This document shows positions 16,349 to 25,643 of a stretch of 35,718 nucleotides of DNA, one piece after another. The stretch comes from Candidatus Zambryskibacteria bacterium RIFCSPLOWO2_02_FULL_39_14 (GTDB lineage Bacteria > Patescibacteriota > Minisyncoccia > Phycocordibacterales > Zambryskibacteraceae). The position numbers and the translations under genes were made by a program. The notes under the pieces are model-generated. The model was not told the DNA's origin and searched no databases. It saw nothing but the letters and a program-made list of their open reading frames with translations. The first letter of the stretch is position 1, and each line of letters begins with the position of its first letter. The stretch spans positions 1 to 35,718 of the forward strand of contig MHWM01000032.1 of the NCBI GenBank assembly GCA_001824135.1, given 5' to 3'.

Positions 16349-17830
16349 TTAAGCTACAGGCAACTCCATGTAGAAAGTAGAACCTTGGTTAGGACCAGCA
16401 GATTCAGCCCAAACACGGCCTTTGTGAGCCTCTACAACACCCTTGACAAAAGAGAGACCAAAACCAGTGGAATTAATATTAATCTTTAGTGAGTCTTTGT
16501 CCCTAGCTCCCTTAGTAAAGAGCTTGAGCTTAAGTTCATCAGACAAACCTGCACCAGTATCTTTAACAGAAAAAATGATTTTATTATTTAGATGTTCGAG
16601 ATTCACAATTATACCACCTTCGGAAGTATAGATGACGGAATTGTCTAATAAGTTTCTAAGTGCCTGATAAAGTTGAGCCTTGTCCCCTTTTATCCCATAA
16701 TCACCTTCGGATATATGTATTTCAAAAGATAAATTTTTTTCATTTGCTATTTTTTTCTGCTTTTCTGCAACATCCAGCACAATTTCTTTGAAATCTAGTT
16801 GCTCCATATTATATGTGTAGGAACCTTTATCTATATTTGAAGCATCTAGAAAATCTTTCACAAACCCTACACCCTCTGTCAATGACCTTAAACCTTCTTC
16901 AAGCATTGGTTTAGATTTATCTGTACAGGCCCCATAGTCTGGCTCTGTCAGAAGTTCTGAGAAAATGCTGCGAGATTTAGAAAAATAACCCTTGATCTGA
17001 TGGTTGATGATATGGAGCAAATTGGTTTGCCCCTCGTTGGCTATTTGAAGCTGATTATTTAGCCTCTCTAATGATATCGTTGATGCTCTCCATATATAAA
17101 TAATAATGATTACCAATATAGAGATGATTAGAACTAGAAAACCAATAAATATTAGAAATGGTTGCAATGTCTGTCTAGTTAAAGTAAAGAAATCCTCAGC
17201 CTTGATATCAGTTGCCAAGACTGCAACCACATTGCCAATCTCATCTCTTATCGGTGCGTAACCAGTAAGCACAGTGCCATAATCATCAGTGTACAATTCC
17301 TCACTAGTTAAAGGTCCTTTGTATGCAGCGAAGGCTTCCGGTATATCGACGGCCTCTGGGTAATCTTGCCCAGGCCACTGTAATTTATCTGGTCCATCGG
17401 GTTCTATCTTCCCATCACGATTTACATCTACATATCTTGTCTCATCATTACTTATATTCGCATAAGGATCGATAGAATCGGCGTCTACTACAAATTCTAT
17501 TTGTGTTGGGTCATCCGCCTTCTTGCGAAAAATATACATGAAGACAATATCTTTATTACTGTATTTCGCTCTATTCAATTGGGTAACAACGTGAATCCAG
17601 GCTGGCTTATGCCAATCCTCCTCGACCTTGAGCTCCTCAAGATCCTTTGCATCAACATTAGATGCTACAGTAATAGATATGGTCAACAACCTTTCTCGAA
17701 GATTGTTCGTCAGAAGGTTAACTGTATGTTGATATAAAACTTGTGAGGCAAAGATAACTATAACAATAGAAATGATGAGCAATATGATGGCAAAAGTGAC
17801 AGGACTTGTAAATTTCTTGATTCTGTTCAT
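16349..17830 (-). CDS. sensor histidine kinase with extracytoplasmic Cache-like domain (no cognate response regulator in window)
   Basis: Two TM helices flank about 190 aa containing DDYGTVLTGYAPIRDEIGNVVAVLATDI (Cache-like). The H-box region is LLHIINHQIKGYF (atypical), the N-box LRNLLDNSVIYT, G1 VKDTGAGL and G2 STGFGLSFVKG. Confidence 0.8.
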   Translation of the reverse strand: MNRIKKFTSPVTFAIILLIISIVIVIFASQVLYQHTVNLLTNNLRERLLTISITVASNVDAKDLEELKVEEDWHKPAWIHVVTQLNRAKYSNKDIVFMYIFRKKADDPTQIEFVVDADSIDPYANISNDETRYVDVNRDGKIEPDGPDKLQWPGQDYPEAVDIPEAFAAYKGPLTSEELYTDDYGTVLTGYAPIRDEIGNVVAVLATDIKAEDFFTLTRQTLQPFLIFIGFLVLIISILVIIIIYIWRASTISLERLNNQLQIANEGQTNLLHIINHQIKGYFSKSRSIFSELLTEPDYGACTDKSKPMLEEGLRSLTEGVGFVKDFLDASNIDKGSYTYNMEQLDFKEIVLDVAEKQKKIANEKNLSFEIHISEGDYGIKGDKAQLYQALRNLLDNSVIYTSEGGIIVNLEHLNNKIIFSVKDTGAGLSDELKLKLFTKGARDKDSLKININSTGFGLSFVKGVVEAHKGRVWAESAGPNQGSTFYMELPVA

Positions 17831-17852
17831 CTTTTTATCCTATATAAGAATA

Positions 17853-19715
17853 TTATACATCCAATAAGTCCTTTATATCACTCTTATCTATCTCCCAGAG
17901 AAAGTTCGTTAATTTGGGCCCAGATTTTTTACCAAATAATAATTGGTATAAATTTTGGAAAAAGATGCGTTGATTCGCTATATTTCTTTCCTCGGTAGCA
18001 TTAGCACTCTTCGGCAAAGCGTACAGTAGAGTGATAAATTTATTCAAATTTAATTTTGATTTACGGTCTAGTAATTTATTTAATTTTTTGATTAATTTAA
18101 TATCATCATCAGTCATACTCACTATATACTTCACATTTGGTACCTCTAGAAGGGTGTGAGAATATGCTGGATTGAGATGTATAAAACGCGATTTTTTATC
18201 TTTAATCAAATCCAAGTCTAAATAAATATTATTAGAATTTATATTATCATGGCTTGAATCGCTTGAATTAGATAGTTTCAACTTCAACAATTTTCCAATG
18301 TCCTTCTCTTGTATTTTAGTAAAGATGTCATATTTCTGCTGGTGAAAATTTAATGTTTTTTTATTGAGAATTGGTTTGACAATCCATTTGTAAATATCAC
18401 GCTGAGGTAATGTCGGCATAGTAATGATTTTCCCATTTATACTTAAGCTTGATGCTCCGTACCCATACCCTCCATAAGGATTGATGCCCCTTTCTACACC
18501 ACGAGCATGCAGATGAGTATTGTGAATAAAAGAGGATTTATCATGAAGTAATTTTCCGTGATAAATTTTACCAATCAATTTATTTATATAATTACTTGTC
18601 CCGTAGAGAGTCACGTACATCGCATTCATCAGGTAACGATCATTTTCGAAGTATGATGCAAGTTCAGAATTATCTGCATACTCCTGAACAAAAATTGTAG
18701 GAGCAAATATTTCGTTATAATTTCCTCCACATCTAAGCGGTTTACAAATTATTGTTGGTTCAACTATAGCTTCACTCGTTCTAATAACCCCTTTCGTAGA
18801 AGAATCAAGCCATTCCCTATTTTTTATAAGGAAATCCTCAATTCTAACCAAGTCGTCTGGGTCGCTAATTGGACCAACTCTAGAAGATTTATTGTTATAA
18901 GAACCGATTTTAACTTTACTTAATCCTTCTCTCAATTGTCGCAAGAAATTTGGTAAAATATCTTTATGTACAAGAACTGCATTTGGAGCGGCACAGTCTT
19001 GCCCTTGATTATAGAGTCCTAGAGTTAAGACTGCTTCAATAGCTTTATTTAGATTGGCATCCTTACTGACTACTACTGGATTATGACCAGCTCCATTTGA
19101 AATAAATAGAGTTCGTTTGTCAAAAATAAACCGTAATTTACTTGCATGCGATGGAAGTCCAGTAAAAATAACTGCTTCAGTAGCAGGTATGCTTTCTTTA
19201 GTTTTTGGGTTCACTAATAATGCAGATCTTTCTCTCAAGAATTCGCTCCTCTGCTTCTGCGAAACAAAAATATTTGGAAATAATTTTTTAATTTCCAGAA
19301 GATCCAGCATATCTTGAAAAAAAAGCATCATGCTCTGTGGAATTCGGAAATGCACTTCACTTGCCATCAAAGATGGAACGATGACAAAACACGAAAATGC
19401 ATAGAGTGGCTGATTTCTTGGTAGGAATGAAGCGACTGCTCCAACTCTCAAGAAAAAAAATTTTTTATTTTCCCTGAGGTTTCTAAGTAAATCTAAGGCT
19501 CTATTTACCTCATCTTGTACAACCTCAAAACTCTCATATCTAAGCAAAATATCAGTTAGCTTCTCAAAATGAACTTCAATAAGATCAGCTAGTTGTTTAG
19601 CTTTTTTATCTACTTCAAAAAAATCAATTTTTCTGTAAGGAGAGAAATACTTACTTGAAACTACTTGTTTCTTTAACACGGGTTTTCTCCGGACTGAAAG
19701 TAATGTGTTCACCAT
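17853..19715 (-). CDS. aldehyde-dehydrogenase-superfamily protein (reductase/acylating-like) fused to a C-terminal module resembling the C-terminus of class I lysyl-tRNA synthetase
   Basis: ALDH-like landmarks: VIFTGLPSHASKL (cf. FTGS..G), ISNGAGHNPVVVSKDANL (cf. ELGGK.P.IV..DAD, with no Glu at the general-base position) and NQGQDCAAPNAVLV (catalytic Cys motif GQ.C). The last roughly 90 aa, ...RIFFQNLYQLLFGKKSGPKLTNFLWEID..., resemble the LysK C-terminal ...[17 protein letters not shown]... motif recalled from memory. Confidence 0.55.
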   Translation of the reverse strand: MVNTLLSVRRKPVLKKQVVSSKYFSPYRKIDFFEVDKKAKQLADLIEVHFEKLTDILLRYESFEVVQDEVNRALDLLRNLRENKKFFFLRVGAVASFLPRNQPLYAFSCFVIVPSLMASEVHFRIPQSMMLFFQDMLDLLEIKKLFPNIFVSQKQRSEFLRERSALLVNPKTKESIPATEAVIFTGLPSHASKLRFIFDKRTLFISNGAGHNPVVVSKDANLNKAIEAVLTLGLYNQGQDCAAPNAVLVHKDILPNFLRQLREGLSKVKIGSYNNKSSRVGPISDPDDLVRIEDFLIKNREWLDSSTKGVIRTSEAIVEPTIICKPLRCGGNYNEIFAPTIFVQEYADNSELASYFENDRYLMNAMYVTLYGTSNYINKLIGKIYHGKLLHDKSSFIHNTHLHARGVERGINPYGGYGYGASSLSINGKIITMPTLPQRDIYKWIVKPILNKKTLNFHQQKYDIFTKIQEKDIGKLLKLKLSNSSDSSHDNINSNNIYLDLDLIKDKKSRFIHLNPAYSHTLLEVPNVKYIVSMTDDDIKLIKKLNKLLDRKSKLNLNKFITLLYALPKSANATEERNIANQRIFFQNLYQLLFGKKSGPKLTNFLWEIDKSDIKDLLDV

Positions 19716-19727
19716 TAATTTAAGAGG

Positions 19728-20069
19728 TCAATTATGAAGTTGCATTAGCACAATTCCTGAAATAGATAGTAGTATTCCGACAAGCTGATACATTGAAACA
19801 TTACTCCATTCTCCAAAAATGAATAGACCAACAAGAATAGTGCTTATAGTAAGAAGCGAATCAACTATTGCCGAAGTCATACTCAAACCTAGTTTTGAAG
19901 TAACTAGTCCGAAAGTTATGAATACCAGTGGAGAAACAATTAAAAGAGCTAGAAACCAAATTGTACTGAATTTTTCTTCCTTGCTTGCCCATACAGCACT
20001 TATGGAATTGGCTGAAAGAGCCACTAAAACAGCACTCAGAATGAAGAACCAGGTCCTTAAAAATGCCAT
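19728..20069 (-). CDS. small 4-TM membrane protein, SMR/DMT(EamA-half)-like (ArnE/ArnF-like size and topology)
   Basis: 113 aa with four hydrophobic helices and no EmrE-type TM1 Glu. Its stop is 12 nt upstream of the ALDH-like gene start. Confidence 0.5.
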   Translation of the reverse strand: MAFLRTWFFILSAVLVALSANSISAVWASKEEKFSTIWFLALLIVSPLVFITFGLVTSKLGLSMTSAIVDSLLTISTILVGLFIFGEWSNVSMYQLVGILLSISGIVLMQLHN

Positions 20070-20127
20070 TTAAGCATTATAACACGAATATTTCTCTGTA
20101 AGTAAATCGAGAATTTTAATTAAGATC

Positions 20128-21012
20128 TCACAACCCTAATTTTTTTAAATCTTCTACTACCTTGCGAGCTTCTTTGGAAAGTTTATCGGGTATTTGAATA
20201 GAGATGCGTATATATAAATCACCACGCCCAGATTTACCAGAGTTAGCGTGGTTGTATGGCACACCTTTACCCTTCACTCGCAAGATAGTGCCATGTTTAG
20301 TACCAACAGGCACCTTGAGAGTAATCTCACCATCAAGACTATGAATATTTTTTTCTGCACCGAGAAGAGCTTCTGTGAGTTTAACCACTAAATCCATGAT
20401 CAAGTTATAACCTTCTTTACGTAAATATGGATGCTTACGAACATGAATCTTTACATACAAATCACCCGGTACTCCACCCTCAAGAATTTCACCGTGGCCA
20501 GAGAGACGGATCATTTGTCCATCATCAATACCCGGTGGTACAGAAATAGAAACTTCTTTCTGCTTTACAAATTTAGAATTAATTACGACCTTTCTATCTA
20601 CGCCGAAGATAGATTCTTGGAAAGAAAGTTCAATATCTACCGCGATATCACGTCCGCGTCTGACACGGCGACCACCAAATATACTAGAGAGGATGTCACC
20701 GAGATCTCCAGTATCAAATCCAGCATTACCGAAACCGGAGAAATCAAAACCAAATCCAGACGGGTCAAATCCAGCACTTCTAAAGCCCCCAGTCCCAGTT
20801 CCACCACCACCTACTGAACCAAATGCATCATATTGCGCCCGCTTCTTTTTATCAGAGAGTACCGAGTAGGCTTCACTTGCCTCTTTAAATTTTGCTTCGT
20901 TACCGCCAGATTTATCCGGATGATAAACATGCGCAAGTTTACGGAAAGCTTTTTTTACCTCCTCTTCGCTTGCATCTTTGTTAACTCCTAGAATTTTATA
21001 ATAGTCTTTCAT
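20128..21012 (-). CDS. dnaJ: J-domain co-chaperone, DnaJ/CbpA-type lacking the Cys-rich zinc-finger domain
   Basis: KDYYKILGV...HPDK J-domain, a G/F-rich linker, and C-terminal substrate-binding domains ([18 protein letters not shown]). The protein contains no cysteine, so no CxxCxGxG repeats. It sits directly downstream of dnaK. Confidence 0.85.
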   Translation of the reverse strand: MKDYYKILGVNKDASEEEVKKAFRKLAHVYHPDKSGGNEAKFKEASEAYSVLSDKKKRAQYDAFGSVGGGGTGTGGFRSAGFDPSGFGFDFSGFGNAGFDTGDLGDILSSIFGGRRVRRGRDIAVDIELSFQESIFGVDRKVVINSKFVKQKEVSISVPPGIDDGQMIRLSGHGEILEGGVPGDLYVKIHVRKHPYLRKEGYNLIMDLVVKLTEALLGAEKNIHSLDGEITLKVPVGTKHGTILRVKGKGVPYNHANSGKSGRGDLYIRISIQIPDKLSKEARKVVEDLKKLGL

Positions 21013-21036
21013 AGGTTAACTTATAACTTTAAGCTT

Positions 21037-22944
21037 CTAGCTATTGGCTTTGGGTTCGGAATCATCCTGTTGGGCAGGTTTAACTTCTGCATCTTTTATA
21101 TCACCTTCTTGCTTCGGCACGCCTGAGCCTTCGGCGGAGGTGGCAGGATTCTTACTCATAAACTCACCAATCTTCTGCAATTCTGTAGAAAGAGCTTCTG
21201 TGGCAAATTTTATGGTCTCTAGAGTTCCGGTCCCTTGCTCTTTTTTTAATGCATCAACTTTTCCATTAACAGCAGTTTTTATATCCTCCGGTATATTTGT
21301 AGTGTCTTTCAAAGATTTCTCGGCTGTATAGATTAGCTGTTCAGCAATATTTTTTACATCTACCAAGTCTTTTTTCTTCTGATCTTCGACTGCATTTGAT
21401 TCTGCGTCTTTCTGCATTTTTTCGATATCAGTTTTAGAGAGACCAGAGCTTGCTTCTATCCTGATAGACTGCTCCTTGCCTGTTGTTTTATCCTTAGCCT
21501 TAACACTTAAGATCCCGTTGGCATCTACATCAAAAGTAACTTCGATCTGGGGCATACCGCGCCCTGCTGGTGGTATGCCATCTAATATAAAGCGTCCTAG
21601 AGACTTATTATCAGCCGCCATAGCTCTTTCTCCTTGCACAATGTGTATTTCTACAGAAGTCTGATTATCAGCGGCAGTGGAGAAAATCTGTGATTTAGCA
21701 GACGGAACTGTAGTATTTTTCTCAATCAACTTCGTAGCAACACCACCCATAGTTTCTATACCAAGTGAAAGAGGAATCACATCCAAGAGAAGAACGTCTT
21801 TAACATCACCAGCAAGAATTCCACCTTGAATAGCAGCACCAAGCGCTACAACTTCGTCCGGATTTATAGATTTATTTGGCTCTTTGCCGAAAAATTTCTT
21901 AACCGCATCAGCGATAGCCGGCATACGCGTCTGCCCACCTACTAGTATAACCTCATCAATAACACCTACTTTAAAAGGTGAGGCCTCCATAGCGCGTTTG
22001 GTAATTTCCATAGCCCGGTCTATAAACTCTCTTGAAAGTTCCTCAAGTTTTGCTCTTGAAAGCTTTAGAAGCAAATGTTTAGGACCAGAGGCATCAGAAG
22101 TGACAAACGGTATATTTACTTCTGTTTCAGTAGTGGTTGAAAGTTCTATTTTAGCTTTCTCAGCTGCTTCATCTAGACGTTGAAGTGCCAAAGCATCAGA
22201 TCTAACATCAATACCAGACTCTTTCTTAAACTCTTCGGCAATGTAATTGAGAATCTTCTGATCAATATCTTTACCACCCAAATGAGAATCACCGTCAGTG
22301 GATTTTACTTCGACCACATCATCACCAACTTCCAATATCGAGATGTCGAAAGTACCTCCACCGAAATCAAAGACGGCGATCTTTTCATTTTTCTTTTTAT
22401 TAAATCCATAAGCGAGAGCGGCGGCGGTTGGTTCGTTGATAATGCGTTTAACATCAAGACCTGCAATTTGACCAGCATCTTTGGTAGCTTTTCTTTGAGC
22501 ATCATTGAAATAAGCCGGCACAGTAATAATAGCTTCAGTAATCTTTTCTCCCAACTTAGCTTCAGCATCTACTTTAAGCTTCTGCAAAATCATGGCGGAA
22601 ATTTCTTCCGGACGATTTTCTTTATCAGCCATTTTAACCATGACAGAACCATCTTTAGCAGAAAGAATTTCAAAAGGCACAGTGGACTTATCCTTCTGGA
22701 CAGCCGGATCAGAGAAAGTGTGGCCGATAAAGCGTTTGATACCGAAAATAGTATTTTTGGGGTTAGTCACAGCTTGGCGCTTAGCCAAAAGACCCACCAG
22801 ACGATCGCCTGTTTTAGAAACAGCTACTATAGAAGGAGTAGTGCGTACACCTTCAGCATTTTCTATAATTTTTGGTTGACCTGCTTCCATGACCGCAAGA
22901 GCGGAGTTAGTGGTGCCGAGATCTATTCCAATGATTTTAGCCAT
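21037..22944 (-). CDS. dnaK: molecular chaperone DnaK (Hsp70)
   Basis: [35 protein letters not shown] and a C-terminal lid. Length 635 aa. Confidence 0.97.
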   Translation of the reverse strand: MAKIIGIDLGTTNSALAVMEAGQPKIIENAEGVRTTPSIVAVSKTGDRLVGLLAKRQAVTNPKNTIFGIKRFIGHTFSDPAVQKDKSTVPFEILSAKDGSVMVKMADKENRPEEISAMILQKLKVDAEAKLGEKITEAIITVPAYFNDAQRKATKDAGQIAGLDVKRIINEPTAAALAYGFNKKKNEKIAVFDFGGGTFDISILEVGDDVVEVKSTDGDSHLGGKDIDQKILNYIAEEFKKESGIDVRSDALALQRLDEAAEKAKIELSTTTETEVNIPFVTSDASGPKHLLLKLSRAKLEELSREFIDRAMEITKRAMEASPFKVGVIDEVILVGGQTRMPAIADAVKKFFGKEPNKSINPDEVVALGAAIQGGILAGDVKDVLLLDVIPLSLGIETMGGVATKLIEKNTTVPSAKSQIFSTAADNQTSVEIHIVQGERAMAADNKSLGRFILDGIPPAGRGMPQIEVTFDVDANGILSVKAKDKTTGKEQSIRIEASSGLSKTDIEKMQKDAESNAVEDQKKKDLVDVKNIAEQLIYTAEKSLKDTTNIPEDIKTAVNGKVDALKKEQGTGTLETIKFATEALSTELQKIGEFMSKNPATSAEGSGVPKQEGDIKDAEVKPAQQDDSEPKANS

Positions 22945-22955
22945 GATGTTTAAGT

Positions 22956-23471
22956 TTAATTGCTAATAAATTCCCCTACTTTTACTTTTGCCGGACGGAT
23001 CACTTTGCCATTTAACTTATACCCTTTCTGCATAACTTCAAGCACCAGATGATCTTGTTCTTTTTTCTCTGTACTAATCATCCCCAATGCTTCGTGTTCA
23101 TGCGGATTAAATGTCTTGCCAACTGGGTCTAATTCTTCAAGACCTTTGACCTTGAGTATAGCTACTAACTGATTATAGATAGGCTCAAGGTCTTTGCGGT
23201 CTAGAGACAGAGATATATTAAAACTATCTAGCACAGGAATCAATTCTTCTATCAATCCTTGATTCGCAAACTTAATAAATTCTAGCTTAGCTTCTTCGTC
23301 ACGACGCCGGAGATTGGCGAAATCTGCCTGACTTCTCTGCCATCCGTCTAAATATTCTTTAGCTTTCGTTTCAGCCTGTTTAATCTTTTCTCTAAGCTTC
23401 TTCTCTTTTTCAGCATAATTTACCGAATCAAGGTCATCTTCTATAACGATGTCTTCATCTTCCTTATTCAT
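22956..23471 (-). CDS. grpE: nucleotide exchange factor GrpE
   Basis: A coiled-coil N-terminus followed by [11 protein letters not shown]...[20 protein letters not shown], a GrpE C-terminal beta domain. Located upstream of dnaK. Confidence 0.88.
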   Translation of the reverse strand: MNKEDEDIVIEDDLDSVNYAEKEKKLREKIKQAETKAKEYLDGWQRSQADFANLRRRDEEAKLEFIKFANQGLIEELIPVLDSFNISLSLDRKDLEPIYNQLVAILKVKGLEELDPVGKTFNPHEHEALGMISTEKKEQDHLVLEVMQKGYKLNGKVIRPAKVKVGEFISN

Positions 23472-23485
23472 ATTTTTCTAATTAC

Positions 23486-23899
23486 CTAACGCTTCGACCA
23501 CTGAGGCGCCTTACGAGCCTTCTTAAGACCGAATTTCCTGCGTTCTTTAGCACGAGGATCGCGTTTAAGAAAACCCTTCTGCTTCAACTTAGTACGCAGA
23601 AGAGCATCATGTATTACAAGTGCTCGTGCTAAACCATGTCTAAGAGCTTCGGCTTGTGATGAATTACCTCCTCCTTTTACCTTAGCAGTCACAGAAAACT
23701 TGTCTGTGGTGTCATCAAAAACGGACAAGACTATTTTCTTGAGCATCAAGGTAGGAAAATATGCTTCTAGTTCTTTTTCATTTACAGATACAGAAATCTT
23801 TGAAGCAGGAGTAAGACGCACCCGAGCTACAGAAGTCTTGCGCCTCCCTACTGCTTCAATGTATCGTTCCTTGTTTTCTATTGTCTTGGTAATCATCAT
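23486..23899 (-). CDS. rpsI: 30S ribosomal protein S9
   Basis: GRRKTSVARVRL, GGGNSSQAEALRHGLARAL, and C-terminal KKARKAPQWSKR. Confidence 0.95.
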   Translation of the reverse strand: MMITKTIENKERYIEAVGRRKTSVARVRLTPASKISVSVNEKELEAYFPTLMLKKIVLSVFDDTTDKFSVTAKVKGGGNSSQAEALRHGLARALVIHDALLRTKLKQKGFLKRDPRAKERRKFGLKKARKAPQWSKR

Positions 23900-23907
23900 T
23901 TATAAAA

Positions 23908-24255
23908 CTAATCTTTAATTGTTAAATTTTTCATCATCTGCGTACGCAATTTATTCTTCGGAAGCATGCCATAGACTGCTCGGCGTAACACCTCTCTTGC
24001 TCCCTTGGTCTCAACCACGTGTTCCTGTGATTGTCTTTTGAGCTTACCCGGAAAACCAGAATGATGCGAGTAAATTTTATCTCTGAGTTTTTTAGGATTA
24101 AGAGACATTAGAGAACTAGAAATTACCTCTACTTTAACATCAGGGATGCGATTTCTAGAAAAATCTGTCCTGTCCTTACCCATAAGAAGCACAGCCACAT
24201 CTGTAGCTACTCTTCCGGGTACTCTGTCTTTAGCATCAATTACGTGTTTTTTCAT
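23908..24255 (-). CDS. rplM: 50S ribosomal protein L13 (short form, 115 aa)
   Basis: VIDAKDRVPGRVATDVAVLLMGK, YSHHSGFPGKLK and AVYGMLPKNKL. It is shorter at both termini than the roughly 142 aa E. coli protein (from memory). Confidence 0.88.
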   Translation of the reverse strand: MKKHVIDAKDRVPGRVATDVAVLLMGKDRTDFSRNRIPDVKVEVISSSLMSLNPKKLRDKIYSHHSGFPGKLKRQSQEHVVETKGAREVLRRAVYGMLPKNKLRTQMMKNLTIKD

Positions 24256-24599
24256 ACAAATTCTATGACGGCCATCGGACTAGCATCACTTGTTCGCGAT
24301 ATCATCTTAGTAATTCTGGTATAACCTCCAGCTCTTTCTTTATAAGTTGGAGATAATTCTTCTACAATTTTTTTAGCCACCTTAACTCCTACCCGACCCT
24401 CAATAAAACGACGAGAAGCAAGAGTTTTCTTCTTACCTAAAGTCACAAGTTTCTCCATATAAGGTCTCAACTCTTTAGCCTTAGCTTCTGTTGTTTTAAT
24501 TTTCCCTTTTAGAGCTAGAGAATATGCGAGTGAACGAAGCAGAGCTACTCTCTGATTTTTTTTGCGGCCAAATTTTCTGTTCGCATTATGATGTCTCAT
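24252..24599 (-). CDS. rplQ: 50S ribosomal protein L17
   Basis: MRHHNANRKFGRKKNQRVALLRSLA and GGYTRITKM. Confidence 0.95.
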   Translation of the reverse strand: MRHHNANRKFGRKKNQRVALLRSLAYSLALKGKIKTTEAKAKELRPYMEKLVTLGKKKTLASRRFIEGRVGVKVAKKIVEELSPTYKERAGGYTRITKMISRTSDASPMAVIEFV

Positions 24600-25558
24600 T
24601 TCAATGTTATACCAAACTCACCAAGTGCTTTTTTTATTTCTTGAATACCCTTAGTTCCCAGACCAGCAATATCTAAGAGATCTTTCTCTTTCTTACGAGC
24701 TAGACCACCTACAGTGCGAATATTGGCGATAGAAAGTGCGTGTCTAGTACGAAGTGAAATATCCAGTGACTCTACGCGTGTTTTAAGCACTTCAGGATCA
24801 ACTTCTGCTCTAGAAGATGTGCTTTGCTCTGCTTCAATATCTTTACCTGAAACTTCTGGTTCATCTTCTTTAAAACCTACAATAGCTTTAAGTTGATTTA
24901 TCATGGTCTCAATAGCAGAAGTAAGAGCAAAGGTTGGAGAGACGGTTCCGTCAGTCTCAATGAACATTCTAAGTTTATTGAAATCTGTCCTGTTTCCAAC
25001 ACGCATGTTTTCAACTTCATAACTTGCACGACGAATAGGGGTGAAGATACCATCAAGAGCAATGGTGCCGATATCTACACGATTTTTGTCGATCATCTCT
25101 TTAGGCATAAAACCAAGGCCTTTTTCGGCCTTGATTTCCATATCGAGCAGAGCATTTTTACTGGTGAGAGTGGCGATAATTTCGTCTGGAGTAAGGATTT
25201 CTACTTGACCAGGTACTTCCAAATCAGAAGCCTTAATCACTTTCTCTCCCTTGACCTTTAGAGATAGAGTCTGAGGATCATCAGTAGAGAAACGCATGCG
25301 GATTTTCTTTAGATTAAGAAGGATGGTAATGATATCCTCTTTTACCCCGTCCAATACGGAAAACTCGTGACTGACGCCAGCAATCTTAACAGAAGTGATG
25401 GCTACACCCGGCAGAGATGACAAGATGATACGACGAAGACTATTACCTAGAGTATGTCCATAACCAGGATAAAGACCTTCAATTTCGAAAACGCCACTAT
25501 CTCCTTCTTCAGAGATAATCTTTGGTTTAGAGGGTAAAAGTATTGTGTAATCAACCAT
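24596..25558 (-). CDS. rpoA: DNA-directed RNA polymerase subunit alpha
   Basis: N-terminal domain GYGHTLGNSLRRILLSS-type motif (GHTLGNSLRRIILSSLPG) and a C-terminal HhH domain (LDISLRTRHALSIANIRTVGGL). In the conserved rpsD-rpoA-rplQ position. Confidence 0.96.
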   Translation of the reverse strand: MVDYTILLPSKPKIISEEGDSGVFEIEGLYPGYGHTLGNSLRRIILSSLPGVAITSVKIAGVSHEFSVLDGVKEDIITILLNLKKIRMRFSTDDPQTLSLKVKGEKVIKASDLEVPGQVEILTPDEIIATLTSKNALLDMEIKAEKGLGFMPKEMIDKNRVDIGTIALDGIFTPIRRASYEVENMRVGNRTDFNKLRMFIETDGTVSPTFALTSAIETMINQLKAIVGFKEDEPEVSGKDIEAEQSTSSRAEVDPEVLKTRVESLDISLRTRHALSIANIRTVGGLARKKEKDLLDIAGLGTKGIQEIKKALGEFGITLK

Positions 25559-25643
25559 AAAATATATAAAAAATTAATGTTTAATTATACGCTAATAATG
25601 CTCATAAGGCAAGTTTTATGAATCGTGGTAAAGAATATCATAA

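Noticed and set aside
22180-22953. 257-aa + strand ORF, the longest + strand ORF after murF
   Set aside because: It lies entirely antisense to the unmistakable dnaK gene. Its translation is low-complexity (rich in F, S, I, N) with no motifs. This is a typical shadow ORF in AT-rich DNA.
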